Assembly: GCA_030141605.1 (NCBI GenBank)
Contig: JAQGDQ010002099.1
Location: 1-15,080, forward strand
Direction: 5' to 3'
Source: Tubiluchus corallicola
Taxonomy: Eukaryota; Animalia; Priapulida
DNA length: 15,080 nt
In this document: one piece after another, positions 1-11,019 of the stretch
How the letters are laid out: every line of letters starts with the position of its first letter
How positions within the stretch are numbered: the stretch's first letter is position 1
Notes under the pieces: generated by a model
The model's input: the letters and a program-made list of their open reading frames with translations, nothing else
Told to the model about the DNA's origin: nothing
Database searches by the model: none
Translations under genes and position numbers: made by a program

Positions 1-34
1 CTCTTTCTCCATTTCTCTCCCTTTCTCTCTCCCT

Positions 35-112
<78 letters not shown>

Positions 113-133
113 CTCCTTTCTCTCTCTTCTCTC

Positions 134-178
<45 letters not shown>

Positions 179-212
179 TCTCTCTCACTCTCCTTCTCTT
201 TCTCTCTCTCCC

Positions 213-243
<31 letters not shown>

Positions 244-280
244 TCTCTCTCTCCTCTCTCTCCTCCCTCTCTCTTTCTCC
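1..280. repeat. (CT)n microsatellite, imperfect
   Basis: Almost pure CT dinucleotide/pyrimidine tract from the window start to about 280. Confidence 0.97.
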
Positions 281-673
281 TAATTGAAACAAAACCCATG
301 TATTTTATCATAACTGTTGAAAGTCAAAACACGACACTTCCTGGACCATGTGGTTCAAACCTTTTCGATGATTTCTGCGTTTTCTCGCGCGCATCACTCT
401 GAATTCTCTGGAACTCGGCAAGCTAATGTCACTTACTGACAAATTGTTTGTTTCATTGTAACAGGCTGTTTAATCTCGTTAAATACCTTGTAAAACCATT
501 CATTACACGAAACAGAGGGAGTAAAATGTCACTAGAGTTGATTGAAACACAATTATTGCCATCATAAACTTCACAGATAGAAGAATACCACTGACTTTAC
601 GCCTTGCGCGGGCTGTATGCGCTTTTTCAGCTTCTTGCTTTAACACTTTTTCAACCTTTCTTGCCTGACAGAT

Positions 674-1440
674 CTATGAACTATGAACTACGAATTTTAT
701 TTCACACACCAAATACAATATTGTACACATAAATAAACAATAAATAAAATGGTTTGAGTAGTGTGAGGGGAGTGTACGACCATACGGTCATTAACACACA
801 CACCTTACTTAAATGAAAATGAAAAAATATTAAAGTTATGCGTGCTTTTGTAGATGACTCAATGAAATTGATGTAATAAAGTAAATGATGTAATAATAGC
901 AAGGAAACATAAGGAAAACATAATATGTAATTACGATTTTGATATAGGCGATGAATGAATAATTTCATTTAAATTGATTTATACCTTTTACTAATAAAGT
1001 AACAAAGGTCGTAATGGTACCTATTAGTAAAAGAAAAACATTAGTGCAAAAAGACACACGTGCACAAAAAAGAGAAAAAACCTCTGGTTTTCTACACCAT
1101 TGAATATTTACTATGTAAAAATGTTTTATATTGTTTGGTAGCTATTTTTAAAGAAGGAGAGGAAATGATTGTATTGGGTACACTATTCCACAAAATAACT
1201 CCTCTGTGCTGTAAGGTATTTAAGCCATACGCTGTGTTAAATTGTGTTTGAAAATAGTGTCCCATACTGGAAGACCTAGTATAGTGAGAGTGAACATCTT
1301 TGATTAAAGTAAAGATCGTATTCTAAAAACTAAGTAAATAGGTAATTTTCCCATTGCCTTTACTAATTTACTTATTAAAGCGCAAGAAAACCCTCCACTC
1401 ACACGAAGCTTAAAAATTTCATCTTGAACATTAAAATTAA
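674..1440 (-). mobile_element. 5'-truncated non-LTR retrotransposon (CR1/L2-group LINE) 3' end
   Basis: The minus strand from ~1320 to 1092 reads IFTLIKDVHSHYTRSSSMGHYFQTQFNTAYGLNTLQHRGVILWNSVPNTIISSPSLKIATKQYKTFLHSKYSMV*. This has the HxYxTR and GxxLWNxLP motifs typical of CR1/L2 ORF2 C-termini. The 3' UTR has a hairpin (gacc-atac-ggtc, ~778-789), AATAAA and a short (TTCATAG)n-type tandem tail at 674-694. Confidence 0.82.
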
Positions 1441-1994
1441 ACTCCCGCGATGACAGTTAGACGCTGCCATTTTGACGATAAGTCATTTGAAATAAGTTTA
1501 GATAACATTGGGGTAAAGTTTGAAAATATAATCAAAGCTTTCGTAGCGCACTGTTCACTTAGTAAAATTTAAAATTATTGTATCTTGTCAATAAGATTAA
1601 AAATATGTTTTTGGTTAGTGAGTGGCGCACCCTGGAGGTGAGTCAACCACATTTTACCAACTGGCACGAACGAGAAGTAGTTCATAATGGCATGATATAA
1701 TGATATGAAACAACTATAATGTCATGATACACAATTGAGCAAACCAGTTACTATATACTTGAGAATAAATAAGTCTAATGGAAAACGTCTGATAGTAATT
1801 GTAATAGTTTATTCATATTTACGGTTTTTATAAATTTAATCCCAGCAACGCACAATTTACCGTGGTTAATTTGGTTTTAAATTTTAAATAAAGTTTATAG
1901 TATTTTACAGACTTTCGTAGCAGGTGCTGTAATGCACAGTATACATTAGACAATACTGATTGAAAAACACAGATAACGTCTATTCACACTATTG

Positions 1995-1995
1995 T

Positions 1996-2026
<31 letters not shown>

Positions 2027-2155
2027 CATATATATATATATATATATACATTTCATGCGTAATATATGACATATAGCTACAGTTATATAGCTATATATAT
2101 ATATATATACATTTCATGTGTAATATATGACATATAGCTACAGTTATATATATAT
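1995..2155. repeat. (TA)n microsatellite containing a ~61-bp tandem duplication
   Basis: TA/TACA runs; the block catttcatg(c/t)gtaatatatgacatatagctacagttatata occurs twice (~2049 and ~2110). Confidence 0.9.
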
Positions 2156-2364
2156 TAACTATGATAACTGTAGCTATATTTGATATATTAGGCATAAAAT
2201 GTATTTATGTGTAAGCAAATGTATTGTACTGCAAATAGAGAATAAATTAGATAGAGAATAGAGAATATTTATCATTATAATATTATAAATAACATACCTG
2301 TTTACGTAAGCAAAGTCCACAGTATAGAAAAAGTATTGGACAGCATATAAACAGGTTGTTGTTT

Positions 2365-2419
2365 GCATTGTGTAACACTGATGACGACAACTGATTGCAG
2401 TCGAAACGTTTGCACATGT
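2365..2419 (+). ncRNA. Minimal type I hammerhead ribozyme motif (Penelope-like retroelement type)
   Basis: CTGATGA (2378-2384), C, GAC-loop-GTC (stem II), then GAAACGTT (2403-2410) with palindromic ACGT replacing stem III. The flanks cattgtg..ca and tgcacatg can form a bulged stem I. Confidence 0.68.
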
Positions 2420-2984
2420 TTTTAAATCAAATTAAATTAATTTTTTTTCTTTTCGGTCATGATTAAAAATAAACTACCGTGCAATAGAGTATGTGTGTTA
2501 GATTTCATATTTTAATTCATAAAAATTTGAATTACATAGGTTATAAGTAAAGCACGCTCGGCCACAACCCCCCTCCCCCGCCACCTCCCACCACGTTTCT
2601 AGCATGCTATGAAACAATAAGCCTTTTCACAGTTTCGTTGTGCACATGCGCAGTTGCCGTACGTCAAAGATTAAGTGTACCACAGTCACGCATCTTAACT
2701 ACTACAACCCCGCACGTAAAATAAAGAGATCTATTTCGCCGGTGGTGCTACTTTCGTTCTCTTTCTCGTTGTTGTTTCATCCAATACGTTTTTATTCAGT
2801 TTTATGTTTTCATACGTCACAAATGAACTACATTATATTCTATTTTTTCTGAAAAAAACGGAGCATGCAAACGAAAAATCTTCTAACGCATAGCTTGCGA
2901 GAGACGGTCATGCAACAATTGTAGATTTTTACATTTTAAATGGATACAAAACGTACATGTGTGCGGATGTGCGTGCGTACTTTT

Positions 2985-3630
2985 TTAGTCATTTATTTCA
3001 CCTTACACATTTACAATAGTTTCATGTACAATATCTAGTGAAAGGGCCTACAATGGATATAATACAAATAAGAAATACTGCACAGGAAAAGCCTCAAACA
3101 CTGTTCACTTATACACGAAGGTAAATGTGTTGTGAGCAATCAAAAAGCAGGGCTTGTTAGATTGTCCCACACAGTGACAGAAAAAAAGTAATGGAGATAA
3201 TCTGAAAATTTAAAGTGAATCGTGATAAAAAAAACATTAGTGCTTAAAATGGAATGATGTAATGAATGAAGCTCATATATGAGATGATATAAAAGATAGA
3301 AAGATTATTATTTGTTAATATTATGTTAAATTAAGATAACTTGATTAAGATAACATCACTGTTTTGCCACTACTGTGAGGATGAATACTGATAGAAGTTT
3401 TGATTACTCACTGATACTTACTTAAAATTAACAGATTGGGTGAGGAGATGATGAAATGAAAGAACACATACAGCAATGCAAGTAAGGAAAGCCATTTACT
3501 ATCAAAATTAGCAACATGCACCTCACACTAAGTTATAAGCACAAGTGGAAGTTGTCATTTGCCATGGATTTACTATTCAGAATGGTTCTGCATTTGTCGG
3601 TTTATAATTTATTCTTTTCTGCTTTTTCTG
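2985..3630 (-). mobile_element. Possible decayed LINE 3' UTR/3' end
   Basis: A stem-loop tgtgagcaatc..gattgtcccaca (3131-3171) encloses minus-strand acaagccctgcttttt, resembling CR1/L2 3' stem-loops. There is a minus-strand AATAAA near 2992 but no convincing ORF. Boundaries are approximate. Confidence 0.3.
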
Positions 3631-3755
3631 TACAGAGAAGGATAGTCATAAGCGATAAAAAAACGTGCACACATGCGTGCATACGAGTAACCAAATCACG
3701 CGGACCAGTTTTGGTACAAAGCGAATAAAAAAACGAATTTTTCTTTTGTTTCTAG

Positions 3756-4138
3756 ATGAAAGTGTACAAGAATACCGTGGTGCTGAATCAGAGGATAGAG
3801 TTTCCCAGTCACTAAACCGGCAAAAAAGAGGCGGATATAACAGGATCAATCCATCTTTTCGTTGGATGGGATTAGGAAAACGGACAGTTGTTCAACCAAT
3901 GAGGTACCACCATTTCTGGGGCGTGGCCTCAGACGACTCGGTCCCGGAAGACGACGTGTCGAATTTTGCTCCTTCTGATCAATATGGCGGCGGTGACAGG
4001 TTTCATATGAACGCTATCAATCCGGACGCTTTAGATAAAAAAGCACTGCGTCTTTTTATTCGCTCACACGGATCACGTGGTCGTGGGCGAGGCCCACTGG
4101 TTGACCCGTCGTGGGCATGGGCCGGTTTGGGTCGATAG
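3756..4138 (+). CDS. Last coding exon of a neuropeptide precursor (two WxGL-amide peptides; allatostatin-A/buccalin-like C-terminus)
   Basis: Strong acceptor tttttcttttgtttctag|AT at 3755/3756 (phase 1), with an open, GC-richer frame to TAG at 4136-4138. It encodes RQKR-GGYNRINPSFRWMGL-G-KR, an acidic spacer, and ..R-GRGPLVDPSWAWAGL-G-R-stop, i.e. convertase sites plus Gly amide donors. AATAAA follows at 4279 and 4334. The signal-peptide exon was not identified. Confidence 0.8.
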
Positions 4139-4278
4139 AACGCTGAGAATGAAATCGCATTCGAATCAAACGCACTTTCTGGATCTCAAAGTAGAAGATA
4201 GGCCATATTAATTTCGCGAGCGTCTGATCTGCAATTGTACTGATAAAATGTTCCATGCAGTTCCATAAAACTCACTTC

Positions 4279-4284
4279 AATAAA
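4279..4284 (+). promoter_or_regulatory. Candidate polyadenylation signal of the neuropeptide gene
   Basis: AATAAA ~140 nt after the stop codon; a second copy lies at 4334-4339. Confidence 0.5.
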
Positions 4285-4700
4285 GTTGTTGCTGGGCAAA
4301 AATCTCATTCGAATAATATTCAGCATAAGCAAGAATAAAAAACATTATTATCAGTTCATTAGTGAATCGTTTTGATAATTTCTAGAACTTCTATGATACA
4401 GCGCACATCTGAAAATAATAAAAAAGATTTGATAATAAAAACTAAACATACGAGTATGGGGTACGGTCGGCCATTTTGACAGGAAGTAGGCGTACTATTG
4501 AGAAATTTTATATTAGGTTAATGGGTGATGAAGACTAAAGATTTTGGCACCAGGTGGAGCTGGAAACCAGGCGCTACAAACTTTTCCTGTTTTTTTGAAC
4601 ATCAAGCGATTGTTTTAGAACAAATCAATAATGTTCTACTTTTGTTACATAAATAAATTTCTGAGAAGAACATAGAAAATGGAAGCCAGACATTTTCTTG

Positions 4701-5539
4701 TTAACTCTTTCAGGACCGTAAGAGATTCCTGCATTTTGCATGGCTTCATAAAAACTGCTCTCACTAAGCAACGATTACGTCACATTTGATAATTCTTTTA
4801 CGTTTCTATTCCCCACACAATGGATTTTCACGCAAAATCATCTATGAAATGCAGTTTCTTACCTTAGACAAGCTAAAAGTCGATTTTTTGACGAAAAACT
4901 TGAAAAAACTTTCAGTAACTGCAATGTTTGCACTGAAACAATGTACAGTATCACTTGCCTAATACACAATAATTCAACTATCCATACACAACACTTTCAT
5001 CTCAAGTCTACTCTATTTTTAAGGAGAAATTCCTACTAAAAGATGAAACGACCTTAATTTGTCCTTGGTATATCGGTTGGTTTTTCCTGGAATACAGCAG
5101 AGCTCTGCACAGCTTGGGCTGTCCCAAGCAGGCTATCAATAAAATAGTGTGTACGATCACGCAAGTGTACACCAGACTAAGCTGCTCAATAGGTCTGAAA
5201 AGGGCGTGTTTTTCTTAATTTTTTCCAGTAAATTCCTTATAAATATTTAAAAAACAGCATGATTGCAAAGCTGATATTCCAACGCTGGAAGTCAGGCGTT
5301 CGACGCTCTGGTGTAACATAAATTTTACAAATTTCGGCGCCATGTTCTTTTTCTTTATTGGTTGTGCTGCTTATCACTCGAAGAATATTTCCGTCTTGTA
5401 AAAGTTGATTTTGCATTGTTCAAACAAACAATGCAAACGAACAATTCTTGGCATAAAGATAAAGAAGTTCTTATTAGTCTGAAAGTTCTAATTTTTGTTT
5501 GAAATGGAACAAAAGTCTAAGCTTTGTCTGAAAGAATAA
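4701..5539. mobile_element. Possible non-autonomous piggyBac-like DNA transposon remnant
   Basis: The left end ttaa-ctctttcaggac is an imperfect inverted match to gtctgaaagaataa (5526-5539). TTAA followed by CYY is piggyBac-like. An alternative right end is gggag-ttaa at ~5560. No transposase is present. Confidence 0.3.
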
Positions 5540-5838
5540 ATTAGACCCAATGGGAGTTAAAGCTTGTTTCATGCTTATTTCAACCTTGTCCATAGATAAG
5601 CATTACTGGGGAGGTACAGACTATTATAGATCTGTTGTTGTCTTACAGTTTTAACAATAATTTTAGATTTTAATTTTGTTGCTTTTTCAGTTTTAGGTCG
5701 AGGAACTTCAATTTCAAAGATTTTGTAAAATATTTGGTACAACTTTATTTCTACCTTGATAATCCTCCATTAGTTGACTGCATCTATAAGTCACAAACTA
5801 ATCCATGAATCTGCGGCTAGAATTTAGCATACTAAACT

Positions 5839-6046
5839 TGGCAACACTGCAAATTGTTAGTGAAACCCCTCGTGGAAATTAATAAACAATTTTAGCTGGC
5901 AACACTGTAAGTTGTTAAGTGAGACCACCATGGAAGGTATTATAGATAGTCTTAAGTTGGCAACACTACAAGTTGCTAAATGAAATTCATGGAGAAACTA
6001 ATAAAAATTATAATTTTTGTGGCAACACTGAAAGTTGTTAAGTGAG
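5839..6046. repeat. Diverged ~60-bp tandem repeat with conserved TGGCAACACT core (4 copies)
   Basis: tggcaacact..aa.ttg.ta..tga starts at 5839, 5897, 5958 and 6020 (periods 58, 61, 62). Confidence 0.85.
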
Positions 6047-6282
6047 GTATAAATTATTATTATAGAATATAAATTATGTTATAAATTATAATTTTGTGAA
6101 TGTAAAGTGTAAAATTTACGTAATTATTTATTTTGTATTACATACAAATAGGTTATTTATTCAAGCTGTAATAAAAAAATGTATTCTGTGAGTAAAATTC
6201 CAAATAAATATGTTGCTTATTAATAACAGCGAATTACGAATTTTTATACAAAAATTGCACATTAACGTTACTGTTTCATTAC

Positions 6283-6420
6283 CTGCCAGCATTTCTTCCA
6301 CTCACCACCAGGGGTATACCTTGCCTGCGGAAAGTGGCCACTTGCATGCAAAATTGTAATTTGGGCCTCCTTCAAATGGGTATTAAGCCACTATTTTAAC
6401 ATTTGAAAAATTCTTGTCAT
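6283..6420 (-). pseudogene. Exon-like segment with stops, possibly a decayed Kunitz N-terminal half
   Basis: Acceptor tgttgttacag| and donor CAG|gtaatg bound 138 nt, and all three frames contain a stop. One frame gives ..NFACKWPLSAGK (CxxPxxxG). Confidence 0.3.
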
Positions 6421-6477
6421 CTGTAACAACAGCAGTTACTGATTATTGAACTTTGTTGCTTAATGAAGATTATATTC

Positions 6478-6998
6478 ATTGTCATTAGCAACAAGGAAAA
6501 ACATTAGGCCCTTTATGGTATCAAAGGTTATAATATTTATTCAGTAGCCTTGACCCTAGTGGGCCTCATCAGCTGAATAGAAAGTGCTGGTAACTTCAGA
6601 GTCTTTATAGTCTCAAAGATTGTAATCTTTATTCAGTAGCCTTGACCCTAGTGGGCCTCATCAGCTGAATAGAAAGTGCTGGTAACTTCAGAGTCTTTAT
6701 AGTCTCAAAGATTGTAATCTTTATTCAGTAGCCTTGACCCTAGCGGGCCTCATCAACTGAATAGAAAGTGCTGGTAACTTCAGAGTCTTTATAGTCTCAA
6801 AGATTATAATATTTTTTCAGTAGCCTTGACCCTAGCGGGCCTCATCAACTGAAAATAGCAGATAAAATTTTAAAGCAGTATGTACCAATTTGTTATTTTC
6901 AGCAGATGAAGCTCTCTAGGGCTAAAACTGCTGAATAAGTATTATAATCTTTGAGACTATAAAGCGCTTTTATGGTTTTTTGCTGTTAATGATGACAA
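6478..6998. mobile_element. Foldback/inverted-repeat element with a tandemly amplified left arm (Penelope pLTR-like or MITE)
   Basis: 6898-6998 is a diverged reverse complement of ~6478-6579, e.g. ctttatagtctcaaagattataata versus tattataatctttgagactataaag. Each arm contains a CTGATGA-stem-loop motif. Confidence 0.7.
6511..6852. repeat. 92-bp tandem repeat, ~3.7 copies
   Basis: tcagtagccttgacccta recurs at 6541, 6633, 6725 and 6817; the copies are nearly identical. Confidence 0.95.
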
Positions 6999-7350
6999 AT
7001 CTCAAGAGAGCTCTCTTTTATTGTCATTAAACATTTAATTAGCCTCTTGCCACAATGATTATAGCACACATCACCCACTTTTAACATACTTCTTATAATT
7101 TAAACATAACTCCATGCAAGAGCTAGTTTGCTGGTTCCTGCGATTATTTAACCTGATTAAAATGTTCGACTATTTTATTCGGAGATTCCATTCACGTAAG
7201 AAGTTTACTGTTTCTAAACAGTGTCACGTTAGAACACAATGCCATTGGTAGCAGGTGCTCCTAGACATTGTCTGGAAGCAGTTATTTTTTTAGATGAAAC
7301 GTGCCACCGAATATACATCGTTAGAGCTCTGATTCTTTTTATAAGGTAGT

Positions 7351-7628
<278 letters not shown>

Positions 7629-7970
7629 TAATAGTGGAAAATCAATAAATTTTTGTAGGTTTTTTATATTTTCATTGAGTTCGGTTCGTTTATATTGTGA
7701 ACAGTAAAGCAGTTCATTGAGTTCACTTCGTTTCTTGGTAGCAACTTATTTCCGCAAGATTTGCGATCATTTTTATTGTTTTTAAAACTCATATTATGAC
7801 ATGTCAGTTATCAACGCAATTTCCTTGTTCAACTGATAAAATTGCTTAAGCTTTCTTCATACACACTTCAGCCTTCCAAGTTTTAAAATGAAACCTCACT
7901 ATATGTGTGCAGTGAGAACTTTACTTAAGCGCTCACTGATAGTTGATTTAAATTTCTTGTGTATTTTCAC

Positions 7971-8245
7971 CTGTTATTCGTTTGTTTGCTTGCCTGCTTG
8001 CCCGTTTGTTCGTTTCTTCATTCGTCAGTTCCTTCACTCACTCGTGTTTTGTTCATTCGTTCGTTTGTTCGTTCGTTCATTCGATCGTTTTTTCGTTCAT
8101 TCATTCATTCGTTTGCTCGCTTGTTTGTACGTTTGTTCAATCGTCCCTTCGTCCCCATGTCTGTTCGTTTGTTCGATTGTTCATTCGTTTATTTCTTTCG
8201 TCGATTGTTTTCTGGTTCTTTCGTTTACAGTTTATTTACTGGTTT
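7971..8245. repeat. Degenerate (TTCG/TTTG/TTCA)n tetranucleotide repeat
   Basis: ttcgtttgttcgttcattc.. periodicity, which explains three overlapping low-complexity ORFs. Confidence 0.9.
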
Positions 8246-9709
8246 ATTGGAAGAACTTGTGAGATTTTTTCTGGTTTCTTAGTAGCATGTAGAGGTAAAA
8301 ACTTCTTCGAGTTGAAAAAAATTATGAACTTGGTTTTGCAACTCCACTGCATCTTCTGGAATGTTCCAGCCAATCCTGAGTAAAAGGCAGCACGCGGGAA
8401 TTTTCCTGGAAATGAGACTGTGGACGTGGGAAAGCAGTAAGCACTTTGCATTTCCAATTCTCATGTGGATAAGTGGTGGAGACGTAAATTGGGCGTTTTT
8501 TGCCTTTCAGCGGATTTAAAAGCTGAATGAGAAGTTGAACGTAGAAGCCAAAGATTAAAAGAAGATTTGAAAAGATAAATTATCATTAAAACAAGGTATC
8601 AAAAAACCTGATCTATTACATCTATTATAAAAGAAGTGATGAATAAATCAGAGTAACAAATGCCAAATGAATATAAAACTACATAATTGTTTTTTTATGA
8701 TAACAGAAAATTGGGAAATACATTTAATAAATATTTCCTGAAAAGTAGCAACAAAATTAAAATCAAATGTGCTGCTTGCAAACCTTAAATAGGCATAGTT
8801 AAAACTACGATATGATGCTGCAAAGTAGAATGCACCAAAAATTTTGTCAAATCTCAATTTTGTTTTTTACAGAATTTAATGCAAAAAGATGTTGGACTTT
8901 ATATTCTAATTCTTCATATTCTAGCATTAGTTATCAAGAAAATGTCTAAAAATACTAAAAATTTAATTTTCTAGCTCCTTGCCCACTTTTCTGACTAGAA
9001 ACTAGTACTGCAATTGTAAAAAACTTGTGTTTTCAAACCGTGATAGTATCTCCAGGAATCAGTCATTTTGCTTCAGGTTTTTTTCTATTGCCAAGCCCAG
9101 TTCTTCGCCAGGAAGAGCCACCTACTGGATTTAAACATAACTTCAATGTGTGCTTGCAAAGTCCGTAGCAACCAACATTCATGCGGTTGCTACGCGACAA
9201 AAACAATGGCTGACTTTAACAATTATTTTCTCAAGGTTATGTTTTTCAGTGCGTAGCCTGAGGCAGAGAAAAAGCAGAGACAAAAGAATTAACGATGCAA
9301 TATACGATTAGTAATAAAAACATGATGATAGTAATAAATTGATTAACGGGCCAAATCAGTACGGTAATCAGTACAAACTTTCTCTTGAGCATAATACGTG
9401 TTAACATATCCAAAATGTACTAAAATTTTTACCTTATTTTCATATTTGAGCAGTTTAGATATGAGATTGTCAGTAATAGCATAATTAGAGACGTGACTGG
9501 TGGACAAAATCAGTGCTCCAAAAAATTGTCTGGAAATTTATTACTGTCATTAACATTAATCATTAACATTTATCATTAACGTAAAAGGGGCAGTAGAATC
9601 GTTTTCTCTTTTGCTCAAAATAAGTTGAAACCTCGATGAAACTAAAGTTATGAAATCCAGTTAAAAAACAAGAAAAATATGTATCTTGGGTGGGGGTAAT
9701 TTACATGTT

Positions 9710-9828
9710 TTCAAGCTATTATTAATAAATTATGGATTCATAATTCATGTGGGTGGTTCAAGACTAATTATTAGTAAATTATGGATTTACAATTAATATG
9801 GGTAATTCAAAACTATTTATTAGTAAGT
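9710..9828. repeat. Diverged ~48-bp tandem repeat, ~2.5 copies
   Basis: ttcaa..cta.ttatta.taaattatggatt recurs at ~9710, ~9757 and ~9806 (last copy partial). Confidence 0.7.
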
Positions 9829-9913
9829 TAACAAATATTATCAACATTTTAAATAGTGAATATAAACAAGTATTTATATTAGGGGGGTTTAACATAAACA
9901 TAATATAACACTA

Positions 9914-10660
9914 AATACAGAAATTTTAATTGCCGTTCTGTTAGCTGTGAAAAATCGTTTTTCATATCGACCATCAACATGTGGAACAACTTACCACAGA
10001 ACATTCGTGAAATTACATCCATTTCACAATTCAAACAAGAGATCAAATCTCATTTAAGTTTTTCGTTGCGTAAGAAACATTTTTCATTTGGTAAACGCTC
10101 CAATATCAGTGCATCATACGCGCATGAGAATCGGATTTTCTCAGCTAAACTATGACCTTTTCTCTAAAGGCTGTAGAGATAATAACGGTCATCCAATATT
10201 GCCGAATTGTAACTGTGGATTTCGATTTGAGTCTGTTGAACACTTTTTGTTGCACTGCCTATTGCATCAACTAGCTAGGGTTGTTATGTTTGATAAACTA
10301 AATGAAATACTTCTGCCCGAAAACCTTAATATAGCTGTCTTAGGAAATAATGATCTGTTGAAGTTGTTATTATTCGGTAAAGATGAATTTAACTATGTTA
10401 CTAACTGTAAAATATTCCAATGTATACATGACTTTATATTACGTACTAAACGCTTCCAGTAGTTTCTATCTGATATAAAATGCATCATTCTTAAATAATC
10501 GTACATTAATATTTACTAACCGTCATTTTCTACTAATGTCTAATGTATCACTGTAGTAAAACTTTAGTATGCTAAAGTATACTAAAAACTAAGTATAGTC
10601 TATTCTTACTGTAAATGTTCTTGTAAATAGTGTATAAAGTCTGTTGTACAAAATCCTAAA
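9914..10660 (+). mobile_element. 5'-truncated CR1-like LINE: ORF2 C-terminus with Cys/His zinc-knuckle and 3' UTR
   Basis: Reads CRSVSCEKSFFISTINMWNNLPQNIREITSISQFKQEIKSHL..GKR, then one frameshift near 10100, then HTRMRIGFSQLNYDLF..PNCNCGFRFESVEHFLLHC..LLFG..IHDFILRTKRFQ* (stop at 10462). These are characteristic non-LTR ORF2 terminal motifs. Confidence 0.88.
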
Positions 10661-10714
10661 TCATGTTGTACAAACTGTCTGATCCAATCCTAAATAAATT
10701 ATGTTTAAACTAAC

Positions 10715-10855
10715 ATAAACTTGCGAAATCAGTCCATCCATAATGATATAAATTATATCCCCTGAAAATATTATCTCCATTTTTTGTGTATCCATCAATG
10801 ACCCACACTCAACAATCACAGCAACAATAAGAATAAAACCAAAATGGTACATTAA
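10715..10855 (-). pseudogene. Exon-like segment resembling a decayed Kunitz C-terminal half
   Basis: A frame absent from the ORF track reads VPFWFYSYCCCDC*VWVIDGYTKNGDNIFRGYNLYHYGWTDFASL, followed by a gttagt donor-like site. The spacing fits WFYx6C..GC..NxFx5Cx3C, with Cys replaced by Tyr/Tyr/Trp. Confidence 0.38.
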
Positions 10856-11019
10856 TAGATAATATATTATCAAATTATATTATCTTAAATTATATAGTCC
10901 CAAATTATATTACATTGATTTCTTCCTTACAAAAAAATCACATATGAAACTGCCACTCTAATAGTTACTATATTTTTAAACATATTAGACAAAAAAGAAA
11001 CAACAGGATATATACATAA

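Noticed and set aside
702-1251. ORFs 702-968 (-) and 1060-1251 (+)
   Set aside because: They lie in the LINE 3' UTR and antisense to the LINE ORF2 remnant, respectively.
3435-3481. Possible small exon (acag|..gcaa|gtaagg) upstream of the neuropeptide exon
   Set aside because: All three frames contain stop codons.
3665-3755. N-terminal part of the 157-aa ORF as the true start
   Set aside because: It begins at GTG, lacks a signal peptide and runs through a polypyrimidine tract plus AG, so it is best read as intron.
3830-3883. Assignment to tachykinin, CCK/gastrin, GLWamide or PrRP families
   Set aside because: The C-terminus WMGL-amide does not fit FxGLM/FxGxR-amide, WMDF-amide, GLW-amide or RF-amide, so no gene symbol is given.
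5839-6046. True CRISPR array
   Set aside because: The repeats are degenerate, the spacers resemble each other (tgga..aataa), and there is no leader or cas gene.
7888-8383. Three overlapping 107-133 aa ORFs
   Set aside because: They are by-products of the stop-poor (TTCG/TTTG)n repeat and give low-complexity F/V/R/S translations.
10661-10873. 70-aa ORF with a signal-peptide-like hydrophobic start
   Set aside because: The hydrophobicity is explained by T-rich sequence and there is no recognisable mature region; another frame looks more protein-like.
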